DNA of 64,000 nucleotides from a candidate division WOR-3 bacterium. Lineage in GTDB: Bacteria; Hydrothermota; Hydrothermia; JBDRYB01. Made by a program: the position numbers and the translations under genes. How positions within the stretch are numbered: the first letter of the stretch is position 1; each line of letters starts with the position of its first letter. Shown here piece after piece: positions 44,238 to 53,336 of the stretch. The notes beneath the pieces are model-generated. The model saw only the letters and a program-made list of their open reading frames with translations. It had not been told where the DNA came from and did not search any database. Location of the stretch: the NCBI GenBank assembly GCA_039803205.1, contig JBDRYB010000001.1:267413-331412 (forward strand), given 5' to 3'.

Positions 44238-45945
44238 AGAGGCTCCTCTCCAGCCTGGTCTTCAGGGTCCATCCGATGTAAACCGGCAGGAGATCCGGAG
44301 GCACATCCTTCATTCTGACCATTTTGCCTCCCTTTATCGCCCTTTTCAGCTCAAATACATAAACCCCATCCGGAACAGGGCATATTTCCCTCTTACCCTT
44401 CTTGGCTGAGAAAACAGCTTTAGCCAGGGGGTCAAGGGCTTTCGGGTAGATCGTCGTGTCCGAGGGCAGCTCCCTGAGCTCTTTTGCCCTCTTTTTCACC
44501 TCATCTGGGTTATCCCCTTCATACGGCAGAAACGCGAAAGAGATCTCCCTGCCTGGTGGTTCGATCAGCTCGTCCCCCACAGGGAAAACCGCCATCTCAA
44601 TGGCCCTGAATGCCCCCACATCATCGCTGACCTTGCGCGAGAATTCTTCTCGGCTCATGCCCATCCTCGCCAGGTCCCGCGATGGGTTCAAGGAAAGAGA
44701 TAATAGCCAATCAGCGAAAGCCACATCCTCTCCCGGAACGATGAGGTTCTTCCCTTTTGTCGTGAGACCCTGTCCCGCGGCATCCGAGAAGGAGCCTTTG
44801 ATAGAACCTCCTCTGTCTTTGGCCTTTTTGGGGGCGCCAGCAGCCTCATATCCCCTCAGCTTCCCCCTGTTCACCTCGTTTCTGAGCCTGGTGTAGTCAA
44901 AATACGATATGCCTCTGGCTCCACGGGAGCGCGCCTCTGCTTCCTCCCAAGCCGCCTCTGCCTCCATCCCTGGCCAAAGGAACCCGATTCCAAAAACAGC
45001 GTCAGGCCTTTTGGATAAGCCGAAACTCAGGTAATCCGAGAAAAGCCCTGTGTCGTTGGTATATGACATCAGAACGAGATAATCCACGATCTCCTCCCAC
45101 CTCCACCAAGACTGCGCCACCCTGAAACCTGCCGCACCAGGATTTGCCCAAACAGCCGCGCTGAGAGTGAGACCCCTTCCCCACCTGTATCCCGAGAGCG
45201 CATCGCTTACGCCTTTTAGAGCTTGATAAACCGCGAGCTCGCGCTCCTCGTTCAGACGCCAGAAACACCATGTGAGATAGCGTTCCTCAAGCGAGAGCCT
45301 CGGATAGCGGACGAGCTCCATCCAGCGAAGCCCCTCGGCTTCCGGAATGCGGAACAGCACGGTTTCATCCCGATCCGGAAGCCCCCACCATGTCCCAGGA
45401 AACCTTATGAAATCAAGGTGAATTCCATCAACGGGATAATCCCTGGCTATCTCACCGCATACCCCGGAGAGCCAAGCCCTCACCTCGGGATTGGCTGGAT
45501 CCATGAAGATCCCGTCCAGGCCGTAAGATCTCCATGTCTCTGGCGAATACTGGAACATAGGCCTTCCGAGGACATCTCTGAGAGACCAGTCCGGATGGCT
45601 ATAGATTATGTGAGAGGTGGATTCGGGAGGCTCGTCCCCAGACCAGACGAGCAAGGAGTTGACCCAAGCGTGGACCCGGATCCCCTTCTGGTGAGCCGCT
45701 TTTATCAGAGAATCGAGGGGATCGTAATCCGGGCCTGAAACCCTTGAGAGGTATTGGCTCCTGGGCAGGATGGAGGACTTGTAGTAAGCGTATCCCCCGA
45801 CAACGGCCTGGTAATAGATGTCAGTTATGCCCATCTCCTCCGCCAGGGAGATTATTCCGGATATTGAGTCGGGCGAGGCGGCTGAGGATGCCCTAACCCA
45901 CATCCCCTTTTGAAACCCGAAAAGAGCCACTGTAAGGATTATCAC
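44218..45945 (-). CDS. Glycosyl hydrolase-like family 10 (GHL10/DUF187) protein with C-terminal extension
   Basis: YDPL...AHQKGIRVHAW, HPDW, DPANPEVR, YPVDGIHLDFIRFP. Confidence 0.85.
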   Translation of the reverse strand: MIILTVALFGFQKGMWVRASSAASPDSISGIISLAEEMGITDIYYQAVVGGYAYYKSSILPRSQYLSRVSGPDYDPLDSLIKAAHQKGIRVHAWVNSLLVWSGDEPPESTSHIIYSHPDWSLRDVLGRPMFQYSPETWRSYGLDGIFMDPANPEVRAWLSGVCGEIARDYPVDGIHLDFIRFPGTWWGLPDRDETVLFRIPEAEGLRWMELVRYPRLSLEERYLTWCFWRLNEERELAVYQALKGVSDALSGYRWGRGLTLSAAVWANPGAAGFRVAQSWWRWEEIVDYLVLMSYTNDTGLFSDYLSFGLSKRPDAVFGIGFLWPGMEAEAAWEEAEARSRGARGISYFDYTRLRNEVNRGKLRGYEAAGAPKKAKDRGGSIKGSFSDAAGQGLTTKGKNLIVPGEDVAFADWLLSLSLNPSRDLARMGMSREEFSRKVSDDVGAFRAIEMAVFPVGDELIEPPGREISFAFLPYEGDNPDEVKKRAKELRELPSDTTIYPKALDPLAKAVFSAKKGKREICPVPDGVYVFELKRAIKGGKMVRMKDVPPDLLPVYIGWTLKTRLERSLFTKPSF

Positions 45946-47060
45946 CTCCCCTTCTCCACATATCTCTCGTAGAGCCTCGCTATGAGGCCGGGGTAAAGCC
46001 TATCCTTTGCGAGGATAACCCTCGCAACTGAGAGATTGAGCCGCTCCTCTCTACGCTTATCGTTTCTGCACATATCTGATATGGTTGCGATCATCTCCGG
46101 CACACGCTTGTCATCAAGGATAAGGAGCATGTCGTTTCCGGCGTCAAAAGCGGCCCTGGTTATCTTGGCGAAATCCTCCTTCGTGAATTCTGTCTGGTAG
46201 TCCTTGCGGACGAACTCTCTCAGGGCAGGAGCCCAGAGATCATCGGTCATCACTATGCCCCAAGGAAGTATGGCGTGGGCATATCCCACTATCCTGGGCG
46301 AGAGGCAGGCTGGGACAGAATCGTAGTCAGGATAAACCAGGCTTGACATCATGACCCCATCAAGCCATGGCGCAACGCGCGCGAAAACCATGAGATCATC
46401 TGCAAAACGTTTCGCGCTGACCCTGTATCTGACCAGAGAGACATCCGAGTTCCATCTTTCCTCGCCGTATCCCGGAAAATGCTTCGCGATAACCAGAACC
46501 CCTCCCTCCTGACACCCCCTCGCGAACTCAGCCCCCTTTTCCGCGACGGTGTCGGGATCCCCAGAGAAGACCCTGAGCATCTTGCGCTGGAGGGCGTTCT
46601 CGCTCCCAGAAACATCAAGGCAGGGAGCCAGGTTCGTGTTCAGGCCGAGCTCCCTCATGTCCCTTCCCAGCTTAAGGGTATACTTATAGACGGAGTCCTT
46701 CGGCCAACTGCCCATCTCAACTGGCGAGGGAGTTGTCTCGTAGCCAGGGATGTTTCTCAGCCGGTTGACCTTTCCGCATTCCTGATCGCAGGAAAGCAGA
46801 GGCGGGATCTCCATGGCGCTCATGAAATCAGAGCAGAGCTTCTGAGTGTATTCAACCGACTTTATGTGGTGCTTGTTGTTCATCACAACGCCGCCAATAT
46901 GGTATTTTGCCGCATATGTGGGGTGCGGCGGAAACGAGAGGAGTATCTGGCCTGCCCTCATCTCCAAGGGGATGGATCGGGCAATCGTCAGAGCGGAATC
47001 AATCTGCGCCTGACTTGGTTGGGGGCCGAGGAGAGCAAGCGCTGTTATTGGCCCGAGCAT
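45942..47060 (-). CDS. Glycoside hydrolase family 3 N-terminal domain protein (NagZ-like)
   Basis: DQECGKVNRL, NLAPCLDV, KHFPGYG, VMTDDL, AGNDMLL. Start ATG 47060 lies 7 nt after TTGCGC-N18-TATTCT; alternative start 47087. Confidence 0.88.
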   Translation of the reverse strand: MLGPITALALLGPQPSQAQIDSALTIARSIPLEMRAGQILLSFPPHPTYAAKYHIGGVVMNNKHHIKSVEYTQKLCSDFMSAMEIPPLLSCDQECGKVNRLRNIPGYETTPSPVEMGSWPKDSVYKYTLKLGRDMRELGLNTNLAPCLDVSGSENALQRKMLRVFSGDPDTVAEKGAEFARGCQEGGVLVIAKHFPGYGEERWNSDVSLVRYRVSAKRFADDLMVFARVAPWLDGVMMSSLVYPDYDSVPACLSPRIVGYAHAILPWGIVMTDDLWAPALREFVRKDYQTEFTKEDFAKITRAAFDAGNDMLLILDDKRVPEMIATISDMCRNDKRREERLNLSVARVILAKDRLYPGLIARLYERYVEKGR

Positions 47061-47143
47061 GGCCAAAAGAATAAGGAAAAAGCTCATCCTGGCGCAATCG
47101 CAGTTGCCCAATTCGCCCAATGAGATCAAAGAGAATGAGGCCT

Positions 47144-47551
47144 CTAGAACCTCTCCAGATAAACCCTCGCCTCCCCTTTCTTTATCTCAATCCGGCTTAT
47201 TCTCGTGTTCCACCGCATCTCAGCGGGGAGCTTGTCCCAGAACTGCGTTATATCAACCCAGAGCAGGTCTCTATCTATCCTTACCCCTTTTCTTATGAAC
47301 CTGACAGCGGTTTTAACGAGGGACAGGGAGCCTTCTTCTTCAAACCTGAAGGAGAGTTCCTTTACATCCCCCCAACAAACCCCCTCTGGGACGAGCCTGG
47401 CTCTCAGCTCCCCTGGCACCAGGGGTGCCTTGACCGAGAGCAAAATGAACCCCTCCTCCAATTCAAGCCGGGCCTCTCTCACGGGGAGCCGGCCCCTGTA
47501 GACATCAAGAAGGAGCCCGATGAATCCCTGGCTCAGGGAAAAATAGTTCAT
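47144..47551 (-). CDS. Hypothetical protein
   Basis: ATGA overlap with the upstream gene at 47551; fills the gap between flanking genes. Confidence 0.55.
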   Translation of the reverse strand: MNYFSLSQGFIGLLLDVYRGRLPVREARLELEEGFILLSVKAPLVPGELRARLVPEGVCWGDVKELSFRFEEEGSLSLVKTAVRFIRKGVRIDRDLLWVDITQFWDKLPAEMRWNTRISRIEIKKGEARVYLERF

Positions 47552-48522
47552 CTTTTCAGGATAACCCTTTTCGTCGTTCCCTCGCATGAGACGGCCATGA
47601 GGATATATGCCCCTGGTCTCAGATCCTCGGTTTCAAGGTTAACAAAGCCCTCAGAGACCACCGAAATTGCCATTCTGCCCCCCGCATCCCACAGGGAAAT
47701 CTCCGCACCGGGAGGGGCTATTATGTGTAGGGATTCGGAGAAGGGGTTTGGGTAGACTTTCACTGGGGGGCCGGGTTTCGGCTCCCGTTCATCCAGGTTG
47801 AGGCCTCCGCATCCGAGCACATACCATATCTCATCTATGTAGATCTCAGTGCCATCCTCAAGGCCATCGTGGTCGTCATCCCCTCCGGCCTCCTGGAGTA
47901 TGAAGGAGTTCAGAAGGGTTCTGGGCCGGTCCTCACACGGCTTGGTGACAACGCTAGCATTTGGATAGTCCTCAAGATACTGGTATCCCCACCCTGCAGC
48001 GGCGATGTATCCGGAGGCTATCGCGAGGCTGTCCCCTTCGTCCTGGTAATCGTTGGAAAAACTGACCTGATGAGGAGGCTGTTCAGGATAAACGAGAACC
48101 CCGTCCCAGATACTCAGAGTTGGTAGATCGTCTATGTTCCCTGATGCCACAGCGCCCATCGCGGACCAAAGGGTTGTCCATCCCGTGTGGGAGCCATCAG
48201 TATCGTAGGTTGAAACTATGAGAGCGCCTCCCCTCTGAACCCAAGCCTCAAGATCATCCCAATATGCGCCGATGCCGGGCATGGAAGCGTGATCCACGAT
48301 GACAAGGTCCCAGCCACCCTCTCCTAGGGCATTTCCGAATCCGACCGGATCCTTGAAATACAGGCTCCATGTCAGGCTTGTCATTCCGGTGAGATAGCTC
48401 AGTGCCTTGACCACCATGAGGTCTGAGGGGTTTCCTACATACTGCGCGTCCGCGTAAACAAGGATATCAACATACTGTCTATGTGGCCACAGGCCCGTTA
48501 TCGCGAAAAGCAACAAGTTCAT
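47548..48522 (-). CDS. Hypothetical secreted protein with T9SS-type CTD
   Basis: CTD VKVYPNPF...LWDAGGR...LRPGAYIL...KRVILKR. Confidence 0.8.
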   Translation of the reverse strand: MNLLLFAITGLWPHRQYVDILVYADAQYVGNPSDLMVVKALSYLTGMTSLTWSLYFKDPVGFGNALGEGGWDLVIVDHASMPGIGAYWDDLEAWVQRGGALIVSTYDTDGSHTGWTTLWSAMGAVASGNIDDLPTLSIWDGVLVYPEQPPHQVSFSNDYQDEGDSLAIASGYIAAAGWGYQYLEDYPNASVVTKPCEDRPRTLLNSFILQEAGGDDDHDGLEDGTEIYIDEIWYVLGCGGLNLDEREPKPGPPVKVYPNPFSESLHIIAPPGAEISLWDAGGRMAISVVSEGFVNLETEDLRPGAYILMAVSCEGTTKRVILKR

Positions 48523-48579
48523 GGTGATATTTTAATACTCAGCGAAGAGGATGTGCAAACGCGTCTCTGGAGCTTTGGC

Positions 48580-49890
48580 CTATATCTTTATCACCCTTGC
48601 CTTACCCTTTAAGCCGCCGGTTGCGTTTCTGGTGTCTATAACCAACCTGGAGTTCCCGAGGATCATCTTCCAGTCTATTCCGGAGTGATCCGTTGTTATG
48701 ACCACCGCATCAGCTGAGGCAAGCACAGAAGGGGTCAAGTCAATGGAGGCCATATCCATTCCCTCCCCCCTGAGATCCGGGACCAAAGGATCGTGGTATG
48801 AAACCTCCGCGCCCTTTTCCAAAAGCATTTTTATCACATCAAGAGCGGGGGATTCCCTCGTGTCCCCGATATCCGGTTTATAAGCCACCCCTATCACTAT
48901 GATCTTTGATCCGTTCAGGGGTTTCCTCTCATCGTTCAGAGCGTTAGCGGTTAGCTCAACCACATGCCTTGGCATTGATGTGTTTATCTCTGAGGCGACC
49001 TCTATCATCCTGGCGTTATAGTTGAGGCTCTTCATCTTCCAAGAGAGATAAAGGGGGTCTATGGGGATGCAGTGGCCGCCTATTCCTGGGCCAGGGAGGA
49101 ACTTCATGAAGCCGAAACCCTTTGTCTCAGCGCCCTCTATAACCTCCCAGACATCTATTCCCAGCAGTTCGCACATTATTGCCAGCTCATTAACCAAGGC
49201 TATGTTCACTGCCCTGAAGGTGTTTTCCAGCAACTTCACCATCTCAGCGGCCTTGGCCGATGACATGGGAACCGCCTTCTTGACCACCTTGTTGTATATG
49301 GCGCAGACTATCTCGGTTGATACGGGATCAATGCCCCCAACGACCTTGGGCGTGTTCTTCGGCCTGTGAACAGGATCCCCCGGATTTATGCGCTCGGGGC
49401 TAAATGTAAGGAAGAAGTCCTTCCCAGCAACGAGGCCCGTCTTCTCCAGCTCGGGTTTTATAACCTCATCCGTTGTGCCAGGATACACGGTTGATTCTAG
49501 GGAAACCACATGCCCCCTTCTCAGGTGAGGGGCAAACGAGCTGACCGCGTTCATCACGAATCCCATGTCGGGGTCCCTCGTTTTTGAGAGGGGTGTTGGA
49601 ACCGCTATGAAAACGAAGTCCGCCTCTCTTAGAACCCCGTAATCAACCGAAGCAGTTATCATGCCCCTTTCCACGAAACCCTTGAGCGTTTCCGTGGGCG
49701 TATCAGAGATGTAGGATACTCCTTTGTTCACCATCTCCACTTTGGCCTGGTCAATGTCAACCCCAATAACCCGGTAGCCCTCCTCAGCGAAATCAACGGC
49801 CAGAGGAAGGCCGACATAGCCAAGGCCAACAACGCCAACGACGGCTGTTCTGTCCTCAACCTTCTTGAGTATCTCCTCGCGCAAGCTCAT
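48580..49890 (-). CDS. Nucleotide-sugar dehydrogenase (UDP-GlcNAc/ManNAc 6-dehydrogenase, WbpA/WecC family)
   Basis: VGLGYVGLPLA, ESTVYPGTT, SPERINPG, KLLENTFR, GGHCIPIDP, RESPA. Confidence 0.93.
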   Translation of the reverse strand: MSLREEILKKVEDRTAVVGVVGLGYVGLPLAVDFAEEGYRVIGVDIDQAKVEMVNKGVSYISDTPTETLKGFVERGMITASVDYGVLREADFVFIAVPTPLSKTRDPDMGFVMNAVSSFAPHLRRGHVVSLESTVYPGTTDEVIKPELEKTGLVAGKDFFLTFSPERINPGDPVHRPKNTPKVVGGIDPVSTEIVCAIYNKVVKKAVPMSSAKAAEMVKLLENTFRAVNIALVNELAIMCELLGIDVWEVIEGAETKGFGFMKFLPGPGIGGHCIPIDPLYLSWKMKSLNYNARMIEVASEINTSMPRHVVELTANALNDERKPLNGSKIIVIGVAYKPDIGDTRESPALDVIKMLLEKGAEVSYHDPLVPDLRGEGMDMASIDLTPSVLASADAVVITTDHSGIDWKMILGNSRLVIDTRNATGGLKGKARVIKI

Positions 49891-50578
49891 GTTTGTATGC
49901 TCCTTCCACCTCCGGCTCGAACAAGGCCGGAGAAATTCCCTGCCTGAGCAGTTTTCTTATCATCTCGCCATGCCTCTTATAATCGCCAGGACTATGGGCA
50001 TCTGATGCCAAAGCATAAATGAGCCCTTCCCTGAGAAAGGCTTCTGCCCTCCTCTTCACCTCACGCCCGTGTGTCCCCAAAAGGCTCCCCGAGTTCATTA
50101 TGGCAAGAACGCCCCTTTCGGTCAAGCGTCTGAGCTTCTCAACCCCCATGTAATAATAGCGCTCAGGATGCGCCAGGAGGGGCAAGAGTCCTCCCTTAAC
50201 CAGATCAGAGAGGTAATCTCCGGCCGCCAGGATCTCATTGACCAGAGGGAGCTCCACGAGGATGGCTTTCGTGCCACCAAGGGTGAGCCCTTCTGGATTC
50301 ACTCCTTCCACAAGAGCGAGCATGTGAACCTCATACCCGATTGCTATACGGATTCCGGTTTTGCCAGCTATAAGGCTGGCTAGCTCCTCAAGTGTTTCCC
50401 TTTTTGGTATATCTGAGGCGTGAAACACATGGGGCGTGGCGAAGACCATATCACAGCCATCCTCCTGGGCCTCCTCTGCCATGCGGAGACTGTCAGCTAT
50501 ATCGCGAGGGCCATCATCAACCCCTGGAAGGAGGTGAGAATGAAGGTCAATCCAGCTCAGATTGAAATTATAATGCAT
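49856..50578 (-). CDS. PHP-family protein-tyrosine phosphatase (CpsB/CapC/YwqE-like); start uncertain
   Basis: IDLHSHLLPGVDDG, ATPH, LAHPERY, ASDAH. Confidence 0.9.
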   Translation of the reverse strand: MHYNFNLSWIDLHSHLLPGVDDGPRDIADSLRMAEEAQEDGCDMVFATPHVFHASDIPKRETLEELASLIAGKTGIRIAIGYEVHMLALVEGVNPEGLTLGGTKAILVELPLVNEILAAGDYLSDLVKGGLLPLLAHPERYYYMGVEKLRRLTERGVLAIMNSGSLLGTHGREVKRRAEAFLREGLIYALASDAHSPGDYKRHGEMIRKLLRQGISPALFEPEVEGAYKHELARGDTQEG

Positions 50579-50630
50579 TTGCTCGCCTGCTTTCCCCGGA
50601 TGTATAATTTGTCAAGATTAGGAGGCAATC

Positions 50631-51098
50631 ATGAAGGCTAAAGAAATGGGAAAATGGCTGCTCGGGGACCTGCTCTGGGGAACGGGGTTCTATCTTTTTT
50701 CCATAGGGGGGATATACCTCGCTGTGGAGTGGGGAAGAAGCCCATTGTTCGCGAGGCGCGCGACGGTGCTCGGATATGTGCTATACATGCTCATCACCAT
50801 AATCATCGTCCTTCTCGTAGGGATGGGGGCGGCCGGGAAAGAAAGAAAACCACCCGGAAGGAGCCTCGCCACAAAGACCCTCATCTGGGCCGGAATAACC
50901 ATCCCCGTCTCATCGGCGGCATTCGCTCTGTCCGCTCTCTGCCTCTATGCGGCCGGACTGATTCTCGGGGCGAAGATGCCCACCCTCGGTTTCGGTAACT
51001 GGCTGGGCGCGTGGGCCATCATGCTGGCCCTTTCTCTGCTGAAGGTGATGTTTACCATATGGATGAGCGGTATTCCCTCTCAGGAACGACCAGGATGA
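50631..51098 (+). CDS. Hypothetical membrane protein (about 4 TM)
   Basis: SD AGGAGG; four hydrophobic segments. Confidence 0.7.
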   Translation: MKAKEMGKWLLGDLLWGTGFYLFSIGGIYLAVEWGRSPLFARRATVLGYVLYMLITIIIVLLVGMGAAGKERKPPGRSLATKTLIWAGITIPVSSAAFALSALCLYAAGLILGAKMPTLGFGNWLGAWAIMLALSLLKVMFTIWMSGIPSQERPG

Positions 51099-51132
51099 AC
51101 GGGTTGGTGGTGCTGGTTTATACTATTGACCT

Positions 51133-51723
51133 ATGAGGTTCTTTCTCCTTTTGGCCTTTGCAGTTTCGGCTCTCCCGGCTTTCCGTGAACCGCTTCCTGC
51201 AGGATGCACACGCGGCATCTGGACAGAGGGCTTCTTGGGAATGAATTTCACCGGTGGAACAAGGCAGGATGTCTCCCTTTCTGGCTGGGGATTGAATGGG
51301 GGAGCGGGCCTCGGATGGTGGGTCCACCATCACTTTGGGATTCGTGGCCAGTTCCGCTACATGGACTATAACTTCAGGTCCGGAAAGGATGTCTCCCCGC
51401 CCCTCACATATTCTTATATGGGATATGGTTTCTGGGGAGGTATGGTTTTGCGTTTTGCTGGCGAAAACTCCCTAATTATGCCCTACATCGGCGGCGAAGG
51501 CGGTTATCTCAAGCCCTTCCACGGACTCGTCAAGGAGGGAGGAAGCATCCGGAAGATACCTCCTGATTCCCTCGGATCAGAGACCCTTTACGGCGGCCTT
51601 GTGGGCATGTTCTTCAGGCTTCCCAAAAATTCCCTCTGGAAGCTGGAGGCTGGCTACAACCGGATGGGAGATGACTACCTCCTGAACATAAATACGGGGT
51701 TCACATTCAAGGTCTGGTGGTGA
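51133..51723 (+). CDS. Small outer-membrane beta-barrel protein
   Basis: Signal MRFFLLLAFAVSA; alternating Gly/aromatic strands, MPYIGGEGG, aromatic C-terminus GFTFKVWW. Confidence 0.72.
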   Translation: MRFFLLLAFAVSALPAFREPLPAGCTRGIWTEGFLGMNFTGGTRQDVSLSGWGLNGGAGLGWWVHHHFGIRGQFRYMDYNFRSGKDVSPPLTYSYMGYGFWGGMVLRFAGENSLIMPYIGGEGGYLKPFHGLVKEGGSIRKIPPDSLGSETLYGGLVGMFFRLPKNSLWKLEAGYNRMGDDYLLNINTGFTFKVWW

Positions 51724-52322
51724 GAAAGCTCAGGTTTCTTCTGTATGTGATACTTGGCCTTGTCCTATTCTCCGGTCTATCCGTTTGCTGTCTGAACGCT
51801 CTAATGCCCCTCGTTGTTGGCAGGGGGAAGGTTGAGGTTCCGGCTCTCATAGGTATGGATCAAGAGGAGGCCCGGACGGTCCTCAGGAGGATTGGCCTCA
51901 GGATGAGGACGGATACCTCGCTTCCCTCAAGGGATTATCCCGAAGGCACGGTGATGGCCCAGAACCCACCCCCAGGGACGCATGTGAAAAAGGGGAGGAG
52001 GGTCTCGGTCACTCTGAGCGCTGGGGTCAAGAAGGTGGTCATTCCAGATCTTGAGGGCGAGGAAGGGGAGCACGGTAGGGCGATTCTCAGGAAACTGGGG
52101 CTTGGGGTCAGAATCGTGACCATCCAGACAACGGATATGGAGGCTGGCTACATCATTGGGACGAGGCCGAGGTCCGGAACCCAAGTAGATTACGGGGACA
52201 CTGTAACCCTGATAATATCAGCAGGCCTTCCCCAATTCATCCCGGATACCATAATCGCGGAGATAGAGAGCCTTGAAGCTGGTGCGGATTCCGGGAAAAC
52301 GAAGCCGCGAGAGCACCAATAG
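51717..52322 (+). CDS. PASTA domain protein (N-terminal TM plus 2 PASTA repeats)
   Basis: VEVPALIGM...GTVMAQNPPPG...VTLSAG; VIPDLEG...GYIIGTRP...LIISAG. Confidence 0.88.
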   Translation: MVRKLRFLLYVILGLVLFSGLSVCCLNALMPLVVGRGKVEVPALIGMDQEEARTVLRRIGLRMRTDTSLPSRDYPEGTVMAQNPPPGTHVKKGRRVSVTLSAGVKKVVIPDLEGEEGEHGRAILRKLGLGVRIVTIQTTDMEAGYIIGTRPRSGTQVDYGDTVTLIISAGLPQFIPDTIIAEIESLEAGADSGKTKPREHQ

Positions 52323-52395
52323 GTTAGAGGGGATAGCCGAATATACGCAGGGATTATCCAGACTTTTGGCGGACTGAGGTGGGTCCCTATAACCC

Positions 52396-52869
52396 CTACT
52401 TTCTCTTCCTGGCCTCCTCAAGCAGGGGCGCCAGTGCCCTCTCGGCCGCTGTGTTGAAGTCAGGCCCCATGCCTTGGCCCATGTAGAGGACCTCGCCCGT
52501 CTCCGAATCCGTCAGCTTGACGAGAACCGTCCCCCCTGAGAAGGACACAAAGCCCACGATGTCCGCGCCAGTGAGACTCCCTATGCGCCCCGCAGAGGAG
52601 GGGTCAACCGCGCCTGAGACCCCGAATTCCTGTTCCGAGAGCACGCCCTCAACCCGCTTTCGCTCCAGCACGATGAGGTTGCCGACCTTGAGGAGCTGGA
52701 GGGAAACCTGGTTATACGCCGCTTCGTCAAGGAAACCGCCCTCAGAAACGAGAGCGACCCGGTATGTCCTTCCGAAATCATAAGAGGGGGATATAGCCCA
52801 ATCGGAGGGCTTTGTTGTGGCTATACAGCCCACAACCGCCAGCAGTGCTGAGAGTATTGATCTTTTCAT
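52396..52869 (-). CDS. CsgG/HfaB-like lipoprotein
   Basis: MKRSILSALLAVVGC lipobox; VLERKRVEGVLSEQ...SGAVD...IGSLTGAD, DSETGEV. Confidence 0.75.
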   Translation of the reverse strand: MKRSILSALLAVVGCIATTKPSDWAISPSYDFGRTYRVALVSEGGFLDEAAYNQVSLQLLKVGNLIVLERKRVEGVLSEQEFGVSGAVDPSSAGRIGSLTGADIVGFVSFSGGTVLVKLTDSETGEVLYMGQGMGPDFNTAAERALAPLLEEARKRK

Positions 52870-52911
52870 AGCGCTTTTTTGACCCCCCAAGGAACTCATT
52901 TGTTCCTGCCC

Positions 52912-53325
52912 TTAGCCCCCGAAGGCGTCCTTCGCATCATCTATTATCTCCTCAATGTCCACAGCACCCTTGAGCCTCTCCTTGATCTTATCAAAAAGGC
53001 CCCGTTTGGATGAGGCTTCTGTTTCGGTGGATGTCTCCTCAGTGGCGTCCGGCACATCCTTGGTCAAGAGGGCCTCGCCATCCGCGCCTGAAGTCTCAGA
53101 ATCCGATGAGCCTGATCCGAGTTCTGGCTTCAGGTTTTCCGCCTCATCAAGAAGAGCCTGACAGCGTTTCATAAGATCTGCTAGCTCACCATCCTCATCC
53201 CCTAGAGAGGCCGATACAGAAGTTGTCTTGACGGAAACGCTTATCTTAGCACCACAAGAAGGGCATGTTCCGGTTCCCTGGAACTCAAAGCTTGTTTTGC
53301 AGAAAGGGCACTTGATCTTTGGCAT
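52912..53325 (-). CDS. Hypothetical protein with N-terminal zinc ribbon and acidic linker
   Basis: CPFC...CPSCG; SD GGAGGT. Confidence 0.7.
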   Translation of the reverse strand: MPKIKCPFCKTSFEFQGTGTCPSCGAKISVSVKTTSVSASLGDEDGELADLMKRCQALLDEAENLKPELGSGSSDSETSGADGEALLTKDVPDATEETSTETEASSKRGLFDKIKERLKGAVDIEEIIDDAKDAFGG

Positions 53326-53336
53326 CCTGATACCTC

